Shown here: piece by piece, positions 8,842-17,366 of the stretch
Position numbering within the stretch: the first letter of the stretch is position 1
Layout of the letters: each line of letters opens with the position of its first letter
The notes under the pieces: generated by a model
What the model was told of the DNA's origin: nothing
The model's database searches: none
Seen by the model: the letters and a program-made list of their open reading frames with translations, nothing else
Source of the DNA: a virus
Taxonomy: Duplodnaviria > Caudoviricetes
Strand: one strand, 5' to 3'
Virus record (IMG/VR): IMGVR_UViG_3300030095_005044
Location: 1 to 25,914 of that record
DNA length: 25,914 bases
Program-made: the position numbers and the translations under genes

Positions 8842-9995
8842 TAAGACATTCGTTTTGCTAATTTGTCAAAATCTGCCATCTGTTTATAGAAAAATCTAGC
8901 ACCAAGCTCCCTTTGTTGTTTTTTATCTTTTGGGTTTGCTCCTAAAGCAATTCCTGCACCTCTTACAGCTTTTGATTTAGTTACAAACTCACCGTCAGCT
9001 AACTGTGCTAACATAGTATCTTTTTCTTCACTTCCTTTACCAGCTGAATCTACAACTAATTTACCAGAAGTTCTTTGATAATTTCTTGAATCATTTTCAT
9101 CAGTGTTTGATTTACTAGGAAGTCTATCTACTAATGAACCCTCTGCAGCAAATAACATTCCTGGCATTACTGGAGGTCTTTGAATTGAACTTACAGGAGG
9201 AGCGATCATATCAACATCTTCTTCTGCTGTTCCCTCTTCAATAGATTGCATAGGCATGTTTGATGCTCTACCACCCATTGCTAATTGAGTTATACCACCT
9301 TGGTTCATTTGACCAAATTGCATTCTAAATAATTTAAACTGTTCAAAATTCATTGCCTCTTCACCTGCAGAATTTTTTTCTTGTTTGTATTTTTCATACT
9401 CTTCTCTTAAAAGATCAGGAGCTGGCATACCTCCTTCTTCTAAACCTATGATACCCCCTGCTTTAATTCCGCTATACGGTTTATCGGGATATTGTGAATA
9501 ATCGATTGACATATTTGGATCATCATATGGCATAAACTGCCCTGGGTTTTGTGCATAGAATTTATTATAACCAGGATATGTTGGGTCCTTTGGTGGTACA
9601 GGATCAAATGCCCCTAATCCATAAGCAAGTGCTGCTCCCCCTGCTGCAGTTGCACCAACTTTAAAAGGATCCATTTTTCTGCCTTTATCAGTATCCATTC
9701 TGAAAACGTCAGAAAAACTTTCTAATCCTGCTTTTGTTTTATCTAAAAAATTTGGGTTAGCGGTTGGCTTGTTAGCCTGTGAGACTGTAGTCATTGCCAT
9801 GTCAGCTGTATCATAACCGATTGGAGGCGGTTGGCCTCCAGACGTTTTATCAAATCCACCTGTAAATTGCATGGTTAATGCTTGAGTAGTTGTGTCTTTA
9901 AATGAATCTTTAAATAAATTTGAGCCTCGTTTGCCGCCTAATGCGTTAATACCTACATTAACTGCATACATTGTTGCTAGTGTTGCTGGATCCAT
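8841..9995 (-). CDS. Virion-associated protein with repeated xxGG motifs and C-terminal LADGEFV domain
   Basis: 384 aa, AGGAG RBS; IKAGGIIGLEEGG and MNQGGITQLAMGG repeats; GKGSEEKDTMLAQLADGEFVTKSKAVRGAG resembles the G-G-T-SD-IPA-LS-GEFV motif of phage tape-measure/virion proteins. Confidence 0.55.
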   Translation of the reverse strand: MDPATLATMYAVNVGINALGGKRGSNLFKDSFKDTTTQALTMQFTGGFDKTSGGQPPPIGYDTADMAMTTVSQANKPTANPNFLDKTKAGLESFSDVFRMDTDKGRKMDPFKVGATAAGGAALAYGLGAFDPVPPKDPTYPGYNKFYAQNPGQFMPYDDPNMSIDYSQYPDKPYSGIKAGGIIGLEEGGMPAPDLLREEYEKYKQEKNSAGEEAMNFEQFKLFRMQFGQMNQGGITQLAMGGRASNMPMQSIEEGTAEEDVDMIAPPVSSIQRPPVMPGMLFAAEGSLVDRLPSKSNTDENDSRNYQRTSGKLVVDSAGKGSEEKDTMLAQLADGEFVTKSKAVRGAGIALGANPKDKKQQRELGARFFYKQMADFDKLAKRMS

Positions 9996-10029
9996 ATTTC
10001 TCCTGTTTTAAATACGTATTTATTCCAAT

Positions 10030-10875
10030 TTACTTAATTTTTTCCCCTTCGTCAATGAACCTACCCTTATAACTATAGTCACCGTGATGGGTTATATATG
10101 CATCTACATTAGCATATATCTTACCTCCAATGTCTGTCCATCTTTTACAAAAAGCAAAATCTTCCCCCATAAACGTACCTTTTTCTTGGTTAAATTCTGT
10201 ATCCCAAAAGTTATAAAATTGATCTGTTTTACGCATTTGTTGGTTCAACATAGTCTGTTGTCTAATTCTTAAATGAGGATATTCTTTTGCCATTTTTTCA
10301 AACACTTGTCTTTTAATTAACATAAATCCAGCAGGACCTCTTTTAATCTCTGTTATTCCTTCTTTACAATCAATGTTTTCAGGATCTATAAATGCCATAG
10401 GATAATAATAACCACACTTACTTATGTGTCTACCAGACTTTTCACTAATATTTTTTGCTTTATCCCAGTCGATAACTTTCATGGGGTAAGGAGTTAAAAC
10501 TATATCTTTATCAGCTTCAAGCATTGTCAATAATGATGTTTCGTCAAATTCTATATCAGTATCTACAAACAACATATGTGTGCATTCAGATTTTAAAAAA
10601 GCAGCTGTGCATAGATTTCTTCCTTGTGTAACAATAGATGATTGTATCAAGTGAAAAGTAACTGGTATTTTATGTCTTTGCAACATTGCTTGTAGTTCTA
10701 ATGTTGCTCTCATGTAATGAATATCTACCCCACCATGACAAGGTGAAGTAAAAAATAATTTAATGGGATGTTTTTTTTCTTTATCCCATTCTAAAACATC
10801 ATTCCCTTTGTCTGTATTTTGTCCAAATATATTTTTTTCATTTATAATACTTCTTTCATCTATTTTAATTGTCAT
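10030..10875 (-). CDS. GT-A fold (GT2-like) glycosyltransferase
   Basis: FFTSPCHGG; GRN...THMLFVDTDIEF (DxD); GFMLIKRQVFEKM; GEDFAFCKRW; ITHHG. Confidence 0.82.
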   Translation of the reverse strand: MTIKIDERSIINEKNIFGQNTDKGNDVLEWDKEKKHPIKLFFTSPCHGGVDIHYMRATLELQAMLQRHKIPVTFHLIQSSIVTQGRNLCTAAFLKSECTHMLFVDTDIEFDETSLLTMLEADKDIVLTPYPMKVIDWDKAKNISEKSGRHISKCGYYYPMAFIDPENIDCKEGITEIKRGPAGFMLIKRQVFEKMAKEYPHLRIRQQTMLNQQMRKTDQFYNFWDTEFNQEKGTFMGEDFAFCKRWTDIGGKIYANVDAYITHHGDYSYKGRFIDEGEKIK

Positions 10876-11813
10876 GCGTATCCTTTCATACTCAACAGTT
10901 GATCAAATAAACTTGTCCATTCTTTTGCTCGCATATCCCAATTATAGAAAGTTCTATAATACTTCATTTGATCTTTTAATCGATCGTGAAGCACTGGCTC
11001 ATGATAGTTATCTGCAACAAATTCTATTATTACTTTAAATTTTTTTGCTAAAGTATACATGTCAGTTTCATAATTTACATAATGAGCATATTCAGTGCAA
11101 GTTTCAAACAAAGCACCAAAATTAGTTACTACTGCCATGTTACCTGCTGCCATTGCTTCGATTGCAGATATACAACAAGTCTCTTCCCAAATAGATGGGT
11201 ATGCAAAAATTTGTGTTTTTTGCATAGCTTGTATTATTTCATTATTTGGTTTGTACCCAACATGATTAACATTTTTTAATTGTTCCATTTTATCATACAT
11301 AGGTTTAAATTGTTTATCGTTCTGAAGTTCAAACTCACTACCGTAAATTTTTGTTGAACTATAAACATCTAATGTAATGTCATCTCTCTTCATGAGTTCC
11401 ATTGCTCCTAACAAAACATTTAATCCACGCCAAGGTGTCGAAGTATGTATAAGTTTAATTGGATCTCCTTTTTTAAATTTCGGTCTTTCTATCCATTCTG
11501 TAGCAGGTAAGGCATTTTTTATTACGCAACATTTGTGTGTAGGTAATCCATAAGCATATCTAAATTTTTCATAACACCAATGCGTATTAAAAACATACCA
11601 ATCATATTTTCTATGGTTTTCTTTAATTCTAAACCAAGGAGCTATATTAGGTTGATCATAAGAATTTTTCATCCACAAGATGTTTATTTTATCTGGATCA
11701 ATAGGTTCTTTTTCTGGAACGGATGTAGTTATTTGTATTTTTTTAAAATAGCTAGGATCTATTCTTTTTTTAAGTTCTGCAAATTGTATTTCTGTACCGC
11801 CTGCTGCTTTCAT
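10872..11813 (-). CDS. GT-B fold (GT4-like) glycosyltransferase
   Basis: N-terminal GGTE; HTSTPWRGL; FAYPSIWEETCCISAIEAMAAG (E-x7-E signature); VVTNFGALFET. Confidence 0.88.
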   Translation of the reverse strand: MKAAGGTEIQFAELKKRIDPSYFKKIQITTSVPEKEPIDPDKINILWMKNSYDQPNIAPWFRIKENHRKYDWYVFNTHWCYEKFRYAYGLPTHKCCVIKNALPATEWIERPKFKKGDPIKLIHTSTPWRGLNVLLGAMELMKRDDITLDVYSSTKIYGSEFELQNDKQFKPMYDKMEQLKNVNHVGYKPNNEIIQAMQKTQIFAYPSIWEETCCISAIEAMAAGNMAVVTNFGALFETCTEYAHYVNYETDMYTLAKKFKVIIEFVADNYHEPVLHDRLKDQMKYYRTFYNWDMRAKEWTSLFDQLLSMKGYA

Positions 11814-11814
11814 T

Positions 11815-12024
11815 TTATTTTAACGGTTCTTCTCCCAACACATCAAATCCTTTTGGAATAATAATTTTAACATCCCTTTTTATATCTTTTGGGTCAGGAT
11901 TATCAAGCTTTACTTCTTCTTCGTCTTTATAAACTTTACCTGTTTTAATATTAGTAATTACTGTTTGAGCCTCACATTCAATGACAGGTACCTTTTCACC
12001 ATTGATTATTGTATATTTAGTCAT
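11815..12024 (-). CDS. Hypothetical small protein
   Basis: 69 aa, TAATG-coupled to the upstream gene; TNIKTGKVYKDEEEV segment. Confidence 0.7.
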   Translation of the reverse strand: MTKYTIINGEKVPVIECEAQTVITNIKTGKVYKDEEEVKLDNPDPKDIKRDVKIIIPKGFDVLGEEPLK

Positions 12025-12353
12025 TAAGTTCTATCTTGTTCTAGTATGGCTACTGTTCCTGTAATAACACTGGTGTGACTTGATTTAATTTTAAGAATAT
12101 CATTTTCCTCAAATACTTTTACTCCTGTAATTAAATCTGACGATGTACCAGTTGCTAATGTTCTTTTAGAAAAATTAAAATCTGTTGAAGATGAATTATC
12201 TGTTATTGATGCAGTAACACTTACAGTTCCAGAACTTGAGTTTAAAACCTGAACACTTTTAATCATTGCTACTGTTTCAGCTGGACAAGTATAAACTGAT
12301 ACTGGATTAGTTGTTGTTAAACTAAATTGTCTGTTTACAAATTTATTTGCCAT
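12024..12353 (-). CDS. Small all-beta tail-associated protein (possible tail needle knob)
   Basis: 109 aa, Ser/Thr/Val-rich beta strands (VYTCPAETVAMIKSVQVLN...VFEENDILKI); downstream of the nozzle gene. Confidence 0.6.
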   Translation of the reverse strand: MANKFVNRQFSLTTTNPVSVYTCPAETVAMIKSVQVLNSSSGTVSVTASITDNSSSTDFNFSKRTLATGTSSDLITGVKVFEENDILKIKSSHTSVITGTVAILEQDRT

Positions 12354-12493
12354 TATCTTCCTTGTCGATTGTATTTCTTATACATCCGTTTTTCACTTTT
12401 GTTAAGGTTTTTTTTATGCCTGCCTGGTCTTTTTTTTGGCTTTTCCCTCTCATACCACGCTGTTCCAAATTGACTTTTTTTCTTTTTAGACAT
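12353..12493 (-). CDS. 46-aa highly basic peptide (below ORF-track cutoff)
   Basis: MSKKKKSQFGTAWYEREKPKKRPGRHKKNLNKSEKRMYKKYNRQGR*; TAATG overlap with both neighbours. Confidence 0.8.
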   Translation of the reverse strand: MSKKKKSQFGTAWYEREKPKKRPGRHKKNLNKSEKRMYKKYNRQGR

Positions 12494-12660
12494 TAATCAT
12501 TAAGAAAATAAGATATCGCTTCCGATTCTTCTTTTATATCCTGTGGGTATGTTGAGTTCAAAGTTTGTATTATATTGTTAATGTCTCTACCAAATTGGTT
12601 CAAGTTTGATGGTTCATAATTTGGTGTTGCTTGTGAAACAATTTCATTTATTTTTGCCAT
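12493..12660 (-). CDS. 55-aa helical tail-associated protein (possible tail needle shaft; below ORF-track cutoff)
   Basis: MAKINEIVSQATPNYEPSNLNQFGRDINNIIQTLNSTYPQDIKEESEAISYFLND*; TAATG overlap with both neighbours; directly follows the nozzle gene. Confidence 0.8.
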   Translation of the reverse strand: MAKINEIVSQATPNYEPSNLNQFGRDINNIIQTLNSTYPQDIKEESEAISYFLND

Positions 12661-14861
12661 TACCTTCTACCTCCTACTTGTACATCAGCTCTAAAAGTTC
12701 CGAACCTCCAAGTCTGTCCTGTACCTGTGTTTGCTATTTTAAATGATGCTGCTCTTCCTCTAGACCTACAGAAAACTTGTTTTGTGCTTGTTGTAACTGT
12801 AAAAGGTCCTGTAATTAATGGTCCAGATGCTGATGAAGATCTTGTGTCAGATGGAAAGTCTCTCAAAAATATAGTCACTTGTGCATTGCCAACTTGGTTT
12901 TTAAAATCAGGAATAAATCTAGAAATTCTCATCATAAATTCACCATCTCCACCTTGATCGATATCAAAATCACCTGACTCAATTTGAGCTGGTATTGCAG
13001 TTGTAGTGCCGTTAGCTAATACTTGATCATTTCCAGTTTCGTGTTCGTAGTATGTTGTAGCACCATTTGATATACCTGGTATCTCACCTTGTGACGGAGA
13101 CTCAGAAGCATTATAAGAAGTTGCAAGTGGTTTACCAAACACACCCTGGTCAACCCAAGTTGTTCTTTTTAATAAAGTGCCATCATTTGTAATCCAGACT
13201 CCACCAGGAATGTTCTGTGAATCTCTTGTGTTATAAGTTACGGATCTGTCAACCGATGTAGAACTTGCGGTTGGATAGAACCAAGTAATTTCATTAAATT
13301 TATCATTTACACCTGCGTGTACAATTAATTCAGCATCATTATTTAAATCACCAAAAACATAATCTTCTACCAAACATGGTAATTTTTTTACTGATGCACC
13401 ATCAAAGTAAAAGAAACTATCTTCTGACATCCAATAAATTATACCATCTACTTCTATTGCAGCATGAGGAGATATCAAACCACAGTTTGTACCTACCTGT
13501 TCAAAACCAAATGTAAATGGAGCTCCAATAAATCTCATTGTAAATAAAGCTGTATCTGTCCAAATGTAGTTACCATTTCTACCAACTAATGCTCCCATTA
13601 TTCTTGAACCATCAGCAAGTCTTTGAGTACCTGCAGTGTTGGTTGCTGTTGGTGTATAAACATTTATATCTTCTTGGTCAGAAAATCTAAGGAACATATC
13701 ATCTTGAGTGCTTGTGGTACCTATCGTAGTTTCAGTCCCAAAGAAACATAAGTGTCTATCTGGTGTAGAAACTATCATATCTCTTGAGGCTGTAGGTGCA
13801 CCGGTTACAAGCACAGCTCTATTTGGATTAGATAAGGCACCAGCTGATGATGGATCCCATTCAACACAAACGCTATTAAATATTAATGCAATTAATTTTT
13901 GACCAAAATTAGTTAGCTTCCATTGACCTGGATCTAAGATAACACCTGCAGCTGTAGCAGATCCCCATCCTGTATAACTAGAAGCATCTTGTACGTTTGA
14001 TCCGTTTGCGTGAGTTACATCTGAAGTTCCCCCTTGACCTCTAGATATACCAGAAATTGTATTTGTTGCTGTATTGTTAGATGTATATGTAACTAATTCT
14101 GCTGTAGCTCCTGAACCTATTAATAAAGTTCCCGTTGCTGGCATGGTAGCTGACGATGTTAAAACAACTGATGTAGCCCCTGCAGCAAAAGTTCCTGAGT
14201 TATTTATTGTTGTAGTTGATGTTGTGGTTGTACCACCCCATTGTCCTGTTGCCCAACCAAATCCAGGTAATTGGAATCTTGGTCCTACTACAAAGTAAGC
14301 GTCCAAGGTCGCGGTTCCTGTAGTCGTGAATGCAGTTCCTGATTCGTTTTTTGACATTGTAATTGTAAAAGTGGTTGTTGTAGGAACTGTTTTAACTTCA
14401 AATGTTTGTGTAAAATCTGCAGCAGTAAATCCTGAAGATCCAGGAATAGCGCTTACAGATGAAAAAACTATTAGATCTCCTTCAGCTAAACCATGTCCAG
14501 TTCCTGTGTTTACTGTAACTGTTGGTGACCCATTTGTAGTGGTAAAACAATTAGTCATACCAGATTTTTGTTTAGAAGCATCTAATGGGTGAATATCGTA
14601 AAAAGTACCTTCGTAATAAACATATAAAACTTTATCAGTGCCTATGGCTGCGTATCTATTGCCTGATAAGTCAAACCAAGTATGCTGATCTCTAGCTACT
14701 CCAACGAGACTGGTTGCACCTTTTTGTGACCATCCACCTATTTTTTCAGGTAAACCATATCTAAACCTTACGTACTGGCCCCCGGTCCATCGTCCCTCAG
14801 CACCGGTTTCAGTGACTTGTTTATCAAATCCAGGTATTAATTGTACTTTACGTAATGCCAT
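12660..14861 (-). CDS. Tail nozzle/packaged-DNA stabilization protein (P22 gp10/T7 gp12-like) with inserted beta domains
   Basis: 733 aa; VRFRYGLPEKIGGW N-terminus, LRFSDQED, IWTDTALFTM, FGFEQVGTNCG, IYWMSEDSFF, EITWFYP, C-terminal WRFGTFRADVQVGGRR. Confidence 0.72.
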   Translation of the reverse strand: MALRKVQLIPGFDKQVTETGAEGRWTGGQYVRFRYGLPEKIGGWSQKGATSLVGVARDQHTWFDLSGNRYAAIGTDKVLYVYYEGTFYDIHPLDASKQKSGMTNCFTTTNGSPTVTVNTGTGHGLAEGDLIVFSSVSAIPGSSGFTAADFTQTFEVKTVPTTTTFTITMSKNESGTAFTTTGTATLDAYFVVGPRFQLPGFGWATGQWGGTTTTSTTTINNSGTFAAGATSVVLTSSATMPATGTLLIGSGATAELVTYTSNNTATNTISGISRGQGGTSDVTHANGSNVQDASSYTGWGSATAAGVILDPGQWKLTNFGQKLIALIFNSVCVEWDPSSAGALSNPNRAVLVTGAPTASRDMIVSTPDRHLCFFGTETTIGTTSTQDDMFLRFSDQEDINVYTPTATNTAGTQRLADGSRIMGALVGRNGNYIWTDTALFTMRFIGAPFTFGFEQVGTNCGLISPHAAIEVDGIIYWMSEDSFFYFDGASVKKLPCLVEDYVFGDLNNDAELIVHAGVNDKFNEITWFYPTASSTSVDRSVTYNTRDSQNIPGGVWITNDGTLLKRTTWVDQGVFGKPLATSYNASESPSQGEIPGISNGATTYYEHETGNDQVLANGTTTAIPAQIESGDFDIDQGGDGEFMMRISRFIPDFKNQVGNAQVTIFLRDFPSDTRSSSASGPLITGPFTVTTSTKQVFCRSRGRAASFKIANTGTGQTWRFGTFRADVQVGGRR

Positions 14862-14868
14862 AATAATA

Positions 14869-14897
14869 AGTATAAACTAAAAAACTCCTTATATAAA
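14869..14897 (-). promoter_or_regulatory. Putative promoter giving a leaderless nozzle transcript
   Basis: Minus strand TTTATA, 17-nt spacer, TATACT (14874-14869), exactly 7 nt before ATG 14861. The only AGGAG lies more than 20 nt upstream of the ATG. Confidence 0.45.
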
Positions 14898-14899
14898 CC

Positions 14900-15541
14900 C
14901 TATCCCAGCTTAGGTAGTCCTAGTAAAGGTCTTTTATCAAACTTGTTTTCTTCTGCAAATGGGCCATTAACATGATTATAATGTAAAAAAACTTGACCAC
15001 AAACTTGACCTTCAAAAGGTTTTCTCCAATGCTCTAAATCACAACCACTGTAAACTAACATATCTCCAACATCTAACAAGACCTCGGTTCCCTCAGGTGC
15101 ATTTGGCTTATGTATATTTTTTAGTTCATCAACCACTGTATCTTGTCCCGTCCCATCTATGAATATAGGCCATGGATCTCCTCCTAAATTTAATGTAGTA
15201 GATATTTCACAACTAGGTCTATCTTTATGTCTTTTTAATTCATCGCCATTTTTATAAAGTCTAGCGTAAGAGTAAGTTGGTACTAAATCTAAACCTGTAT
15301 GTTGTTTCATTACAGGTAACATTTTAACCAAGAGAGTTTCCATTACAAAATCTGCATAACAAGAATACGTATTTGGTATTTGTCGATCTGTCCATGTACC
15401 CAACAAACCAATATCAAAAACTAAATTTTTATCATATAAAAATTTAACAGCATCTCTTTTTAACAAAAAATAATTAAATATGAAATTTGATATATCATAT
15501 GAAAGAGCGTTTTTTATTACTTGATATTTATTGAAAGCCAT
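14900..15541 (-). CDS. 2OG-Fe(II) dioxygenase (HxD...H)
   Basis: PTYSYARLY, LKRHKDRPSCEIS (HxD), GDMLVYSG...EHWR (distal His), QVFLHY. ATG 15541 preferred to TTG 15550. Confidence 0.8.
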   Translation of the reverse strand: MAFNKYQVIKNALSYDISNFIFNYFLLKRDAVKFLYDKNLVFDIGLLGTWTDRQIPNTYSCYADFVMETLLVKMLPVMKQHTGLDLVPTYSYARLYKNGDELKRHKDRPSCEISTTLNLGGDPWPIFIDGTGQDTVVDELKNIHKPNAPEGTEVLLDVGDMLVYSGCDLEHWRKPFEGQVCGQVFLHYNHVNGPFAEENKFDKRPLLGLPKLG

Positions 15542-16109
15542 GTTGTACAAAATTAAAACTTATTGATATCCTTATATCATTTGATTTGTTAGGTTCAACA
15601 CAATGCCATAACCAAGCAGGAAATATTATTATTCTCCCTTCTTTAGCTTCTAAATGACATTCTCTCCATAAATGTTTTGGAGGTTGTCCTTCTTTTCTGT
15701 TAGCCATCATTATTTGTGCTCCTGGCCTTGGATCATTACAAACAAGTGGTCCACAATTTTCGTTTGCTTTGATATAATAAACTCCACTAAATAAACTATT
15801 AGGATGAATGTGAGGCCTGTTATAAGCACCTGGAGGATTTATGTTAGCCCACATATTTCCTAAAACAGGTTCTCTACTAAGCCATTCTTCTTTCCAAACA
15901 TCATTCATCAGCAAGAATAACTCATGGACTATAGGTTTATACACTGGAATTTTATGCATTTCAGTTGTTGAATGCCAACCATTTACATTTGTTTTTTTTA
16001 ATCCTTTATCTTTTTGCGCCCAATCAATAATTTCTTTTTCAAATAATCGATTATCTAATTTTACATCTCGTGCGTAAATAGTTGTTGGAAAAAATTGTTC
16101 TTTAATCAT
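15528..16109 (-). CDS. 2OG-Fe(II) dioxygenase, TIGR02466-like (HxH...H)
   Basis: FFPTTI, GWHS, MWANIN, RPHIHPNSLFSGVYY, IIFPAWLWHCV, RISISFN. Confidence 0.88.
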   Translation of the reverse strand: MIKEQFFPTTIYARDVKLDNRLFEKEIIDWAQKDKGLKKTNVNGWHSTTEMHKIPVYKPIVHELFLLMNDVWKEEWLSREPVLGNMWANINPPGAYNRPHIHPNSLFSGVYYIKANENCGPLVCNDPRPGAQIMMANRKEGQPPKHLWRECHLEAKEGRIIIFPAWLWHCVEPNKSNDIRISISFNFVQHGFQ

Positions 16110-16699
16110 CTAAATGGTTTACCGCCAAACCAAACAACTAAGGATTGTCTTACCCCTTTTGTAACTGGCTGCACTCTGTGGTTTAAAAATGATGCAAAAC
16201 AAATAGCATGACCTTGTTTAAGCTCTGCAAATTTGCCAGGAGCCATAAGTTCTAAATGTCCTCCTTCAAATTCAGAGGGATCATTTAATAAAAGTGTCAT
16301 TGATATTTTTCTAACTGGCGGTTCGTGAGCCATGTTTACGTCACAGTCCATATGCCAATCATAAAATCCTCCTACAGGATACTCTGTAAATTGTGCATTT
16401 TCTGTAACTCTTATATCCCCAAAACCAAAATGATTTTCGTTAGCTGCTTGTATAAATTTATCAAGATCATTGTACATAAGGTTCATTTCTTTAAACGGTA
16501 TCCAAGATATAGTTGTAATTCTTTTTTTGGTATCGGTGCCACCACCTGGTTTATTCATACCGACTTGTGCTTGTTGAGGCGGTTGTTTTCTTCCACATTC
16601 AATAATTTGTCTACACTGATCCGGAGTAAATAATGGTGTAGTTGTTTGTATTATCCAACTTTTCCATTTAGGTTCTTTTATTATTTGATTAGGATACAT
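16106..16699 (-). CDS. PKHD/prolyl-4-hydroxylase-like 2OG-Fe(II) dioxygenase
   Basis: QFTEY, YDWHMD (HxD), RKISMTLLL, FEGGHLE, FASFLNHRVQPV, RQSLVVW (RxS). ATG 16699 with AGGAG RBS; GTG 16702 is the alternative. Confidence 0.9.
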   Translation of the reverse strand: MYPNQIIKEPKWKSWIIQTTTPLFTPDQCRQIIECGRKQPPQQAQVGMNKPGGGTDTKKRITTISWIPFKEMNLMYNDLDKFIQAANENHFGFGDIRVTENAQFTEYPVGGFYDWHMDCDVNMAHEPPVRKISMTLLLNDPSEFEGGHLELMAPGKFAELKQGHAICFASFLNHRVQPVTKGVRQSLVVWFGGKPFR

Positions 16700-17366
16700 C
16701 ACTTACTCCTCTATTTTTTATTGGATCATAATCGACATCCATATTTGCAGCAAGTGTTCTTCTGTATCCAGGTCCATTAAATGGATATACACAGTGTCTC
16801 ATATCATATGGAAATATATAAAAATCTCGTTCTTTAGTATTTGGCTGATAATCTACATTTGCAAAATAACCGTTAGTTGAACCAAGTATTTGTAATTTAC
16901 CATTTTGAGGTGATTCAGGTGCTGAGTATTCTACACCATAAGACTTTGGTAATCTTAAAATCATAACAGATGATAAACCTGTAAACAAAGTACCTTGATG
17001 CACATGCACTGGATTATATTCATGCTCAAACATAGTGTTAACCCAAATAGAATTTAAATGTAAATTATATTCTTTTACTTTATTAAATTGTAAATAGTGT
17101 TTAAACTTTTCTTGAAACCAATGAATTACATCTCCGGACAAATGATTATGTTTTATCATTTTAGAACTGTCTTTACCATCATAGAATAAACTGTGTTCTT
17201 TTTCAATTTTTCCTACTAATTGTTTATTAGCACGTTCTAGCTTAGAATATTTATTTTCGTAAATTTTATTTATTGTTAAAAAAATATCAAGTGGAACTTC
17301 ATATTTGAGTATTGACTGTCCTAAAAAAACAAAATTAAATTTATTCTGGTTTGGCGTCGAGGTCAT
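16689..17366 (-). CDS. Putative 2OG-Fe(II) dioxygenase (HxH...H)
   Basis: SIWVN, EYNPVHVHQG, LSSVMIL, FYIFPYDMRHCVYPF, RRTLAAN. Confidence 0.8.
   Translation of the reverse strand: MTSTPNQNKFNFVFLGQSILKYEVPLDIFLTINKIYENKYSKLERANKQLVGKIEKEHSLFYDGKDSSKMIKHNHLSGDVIHWFQEKFKHYLQFNKVKEYNLHLNSIWVNTMFEHEYNPVHVHQGTLFTGLSSVMILRLPKSYGVEYSAPESPQNGKLQILGSTNGYFANVDYQPNTKERDFYIFPYDMRHCVYPFNGPGYRRTLAANMDVDYDPIKNRGVSDVS

Noticed and set aside
12400-12490. Poly-T tracts as phase-variation or frameshift sites (also near 6000 and 8416)
   Set aside because: Explained by Lys codon runs in an AT-rich genome; frames are intact and stops/starts couple exactly.
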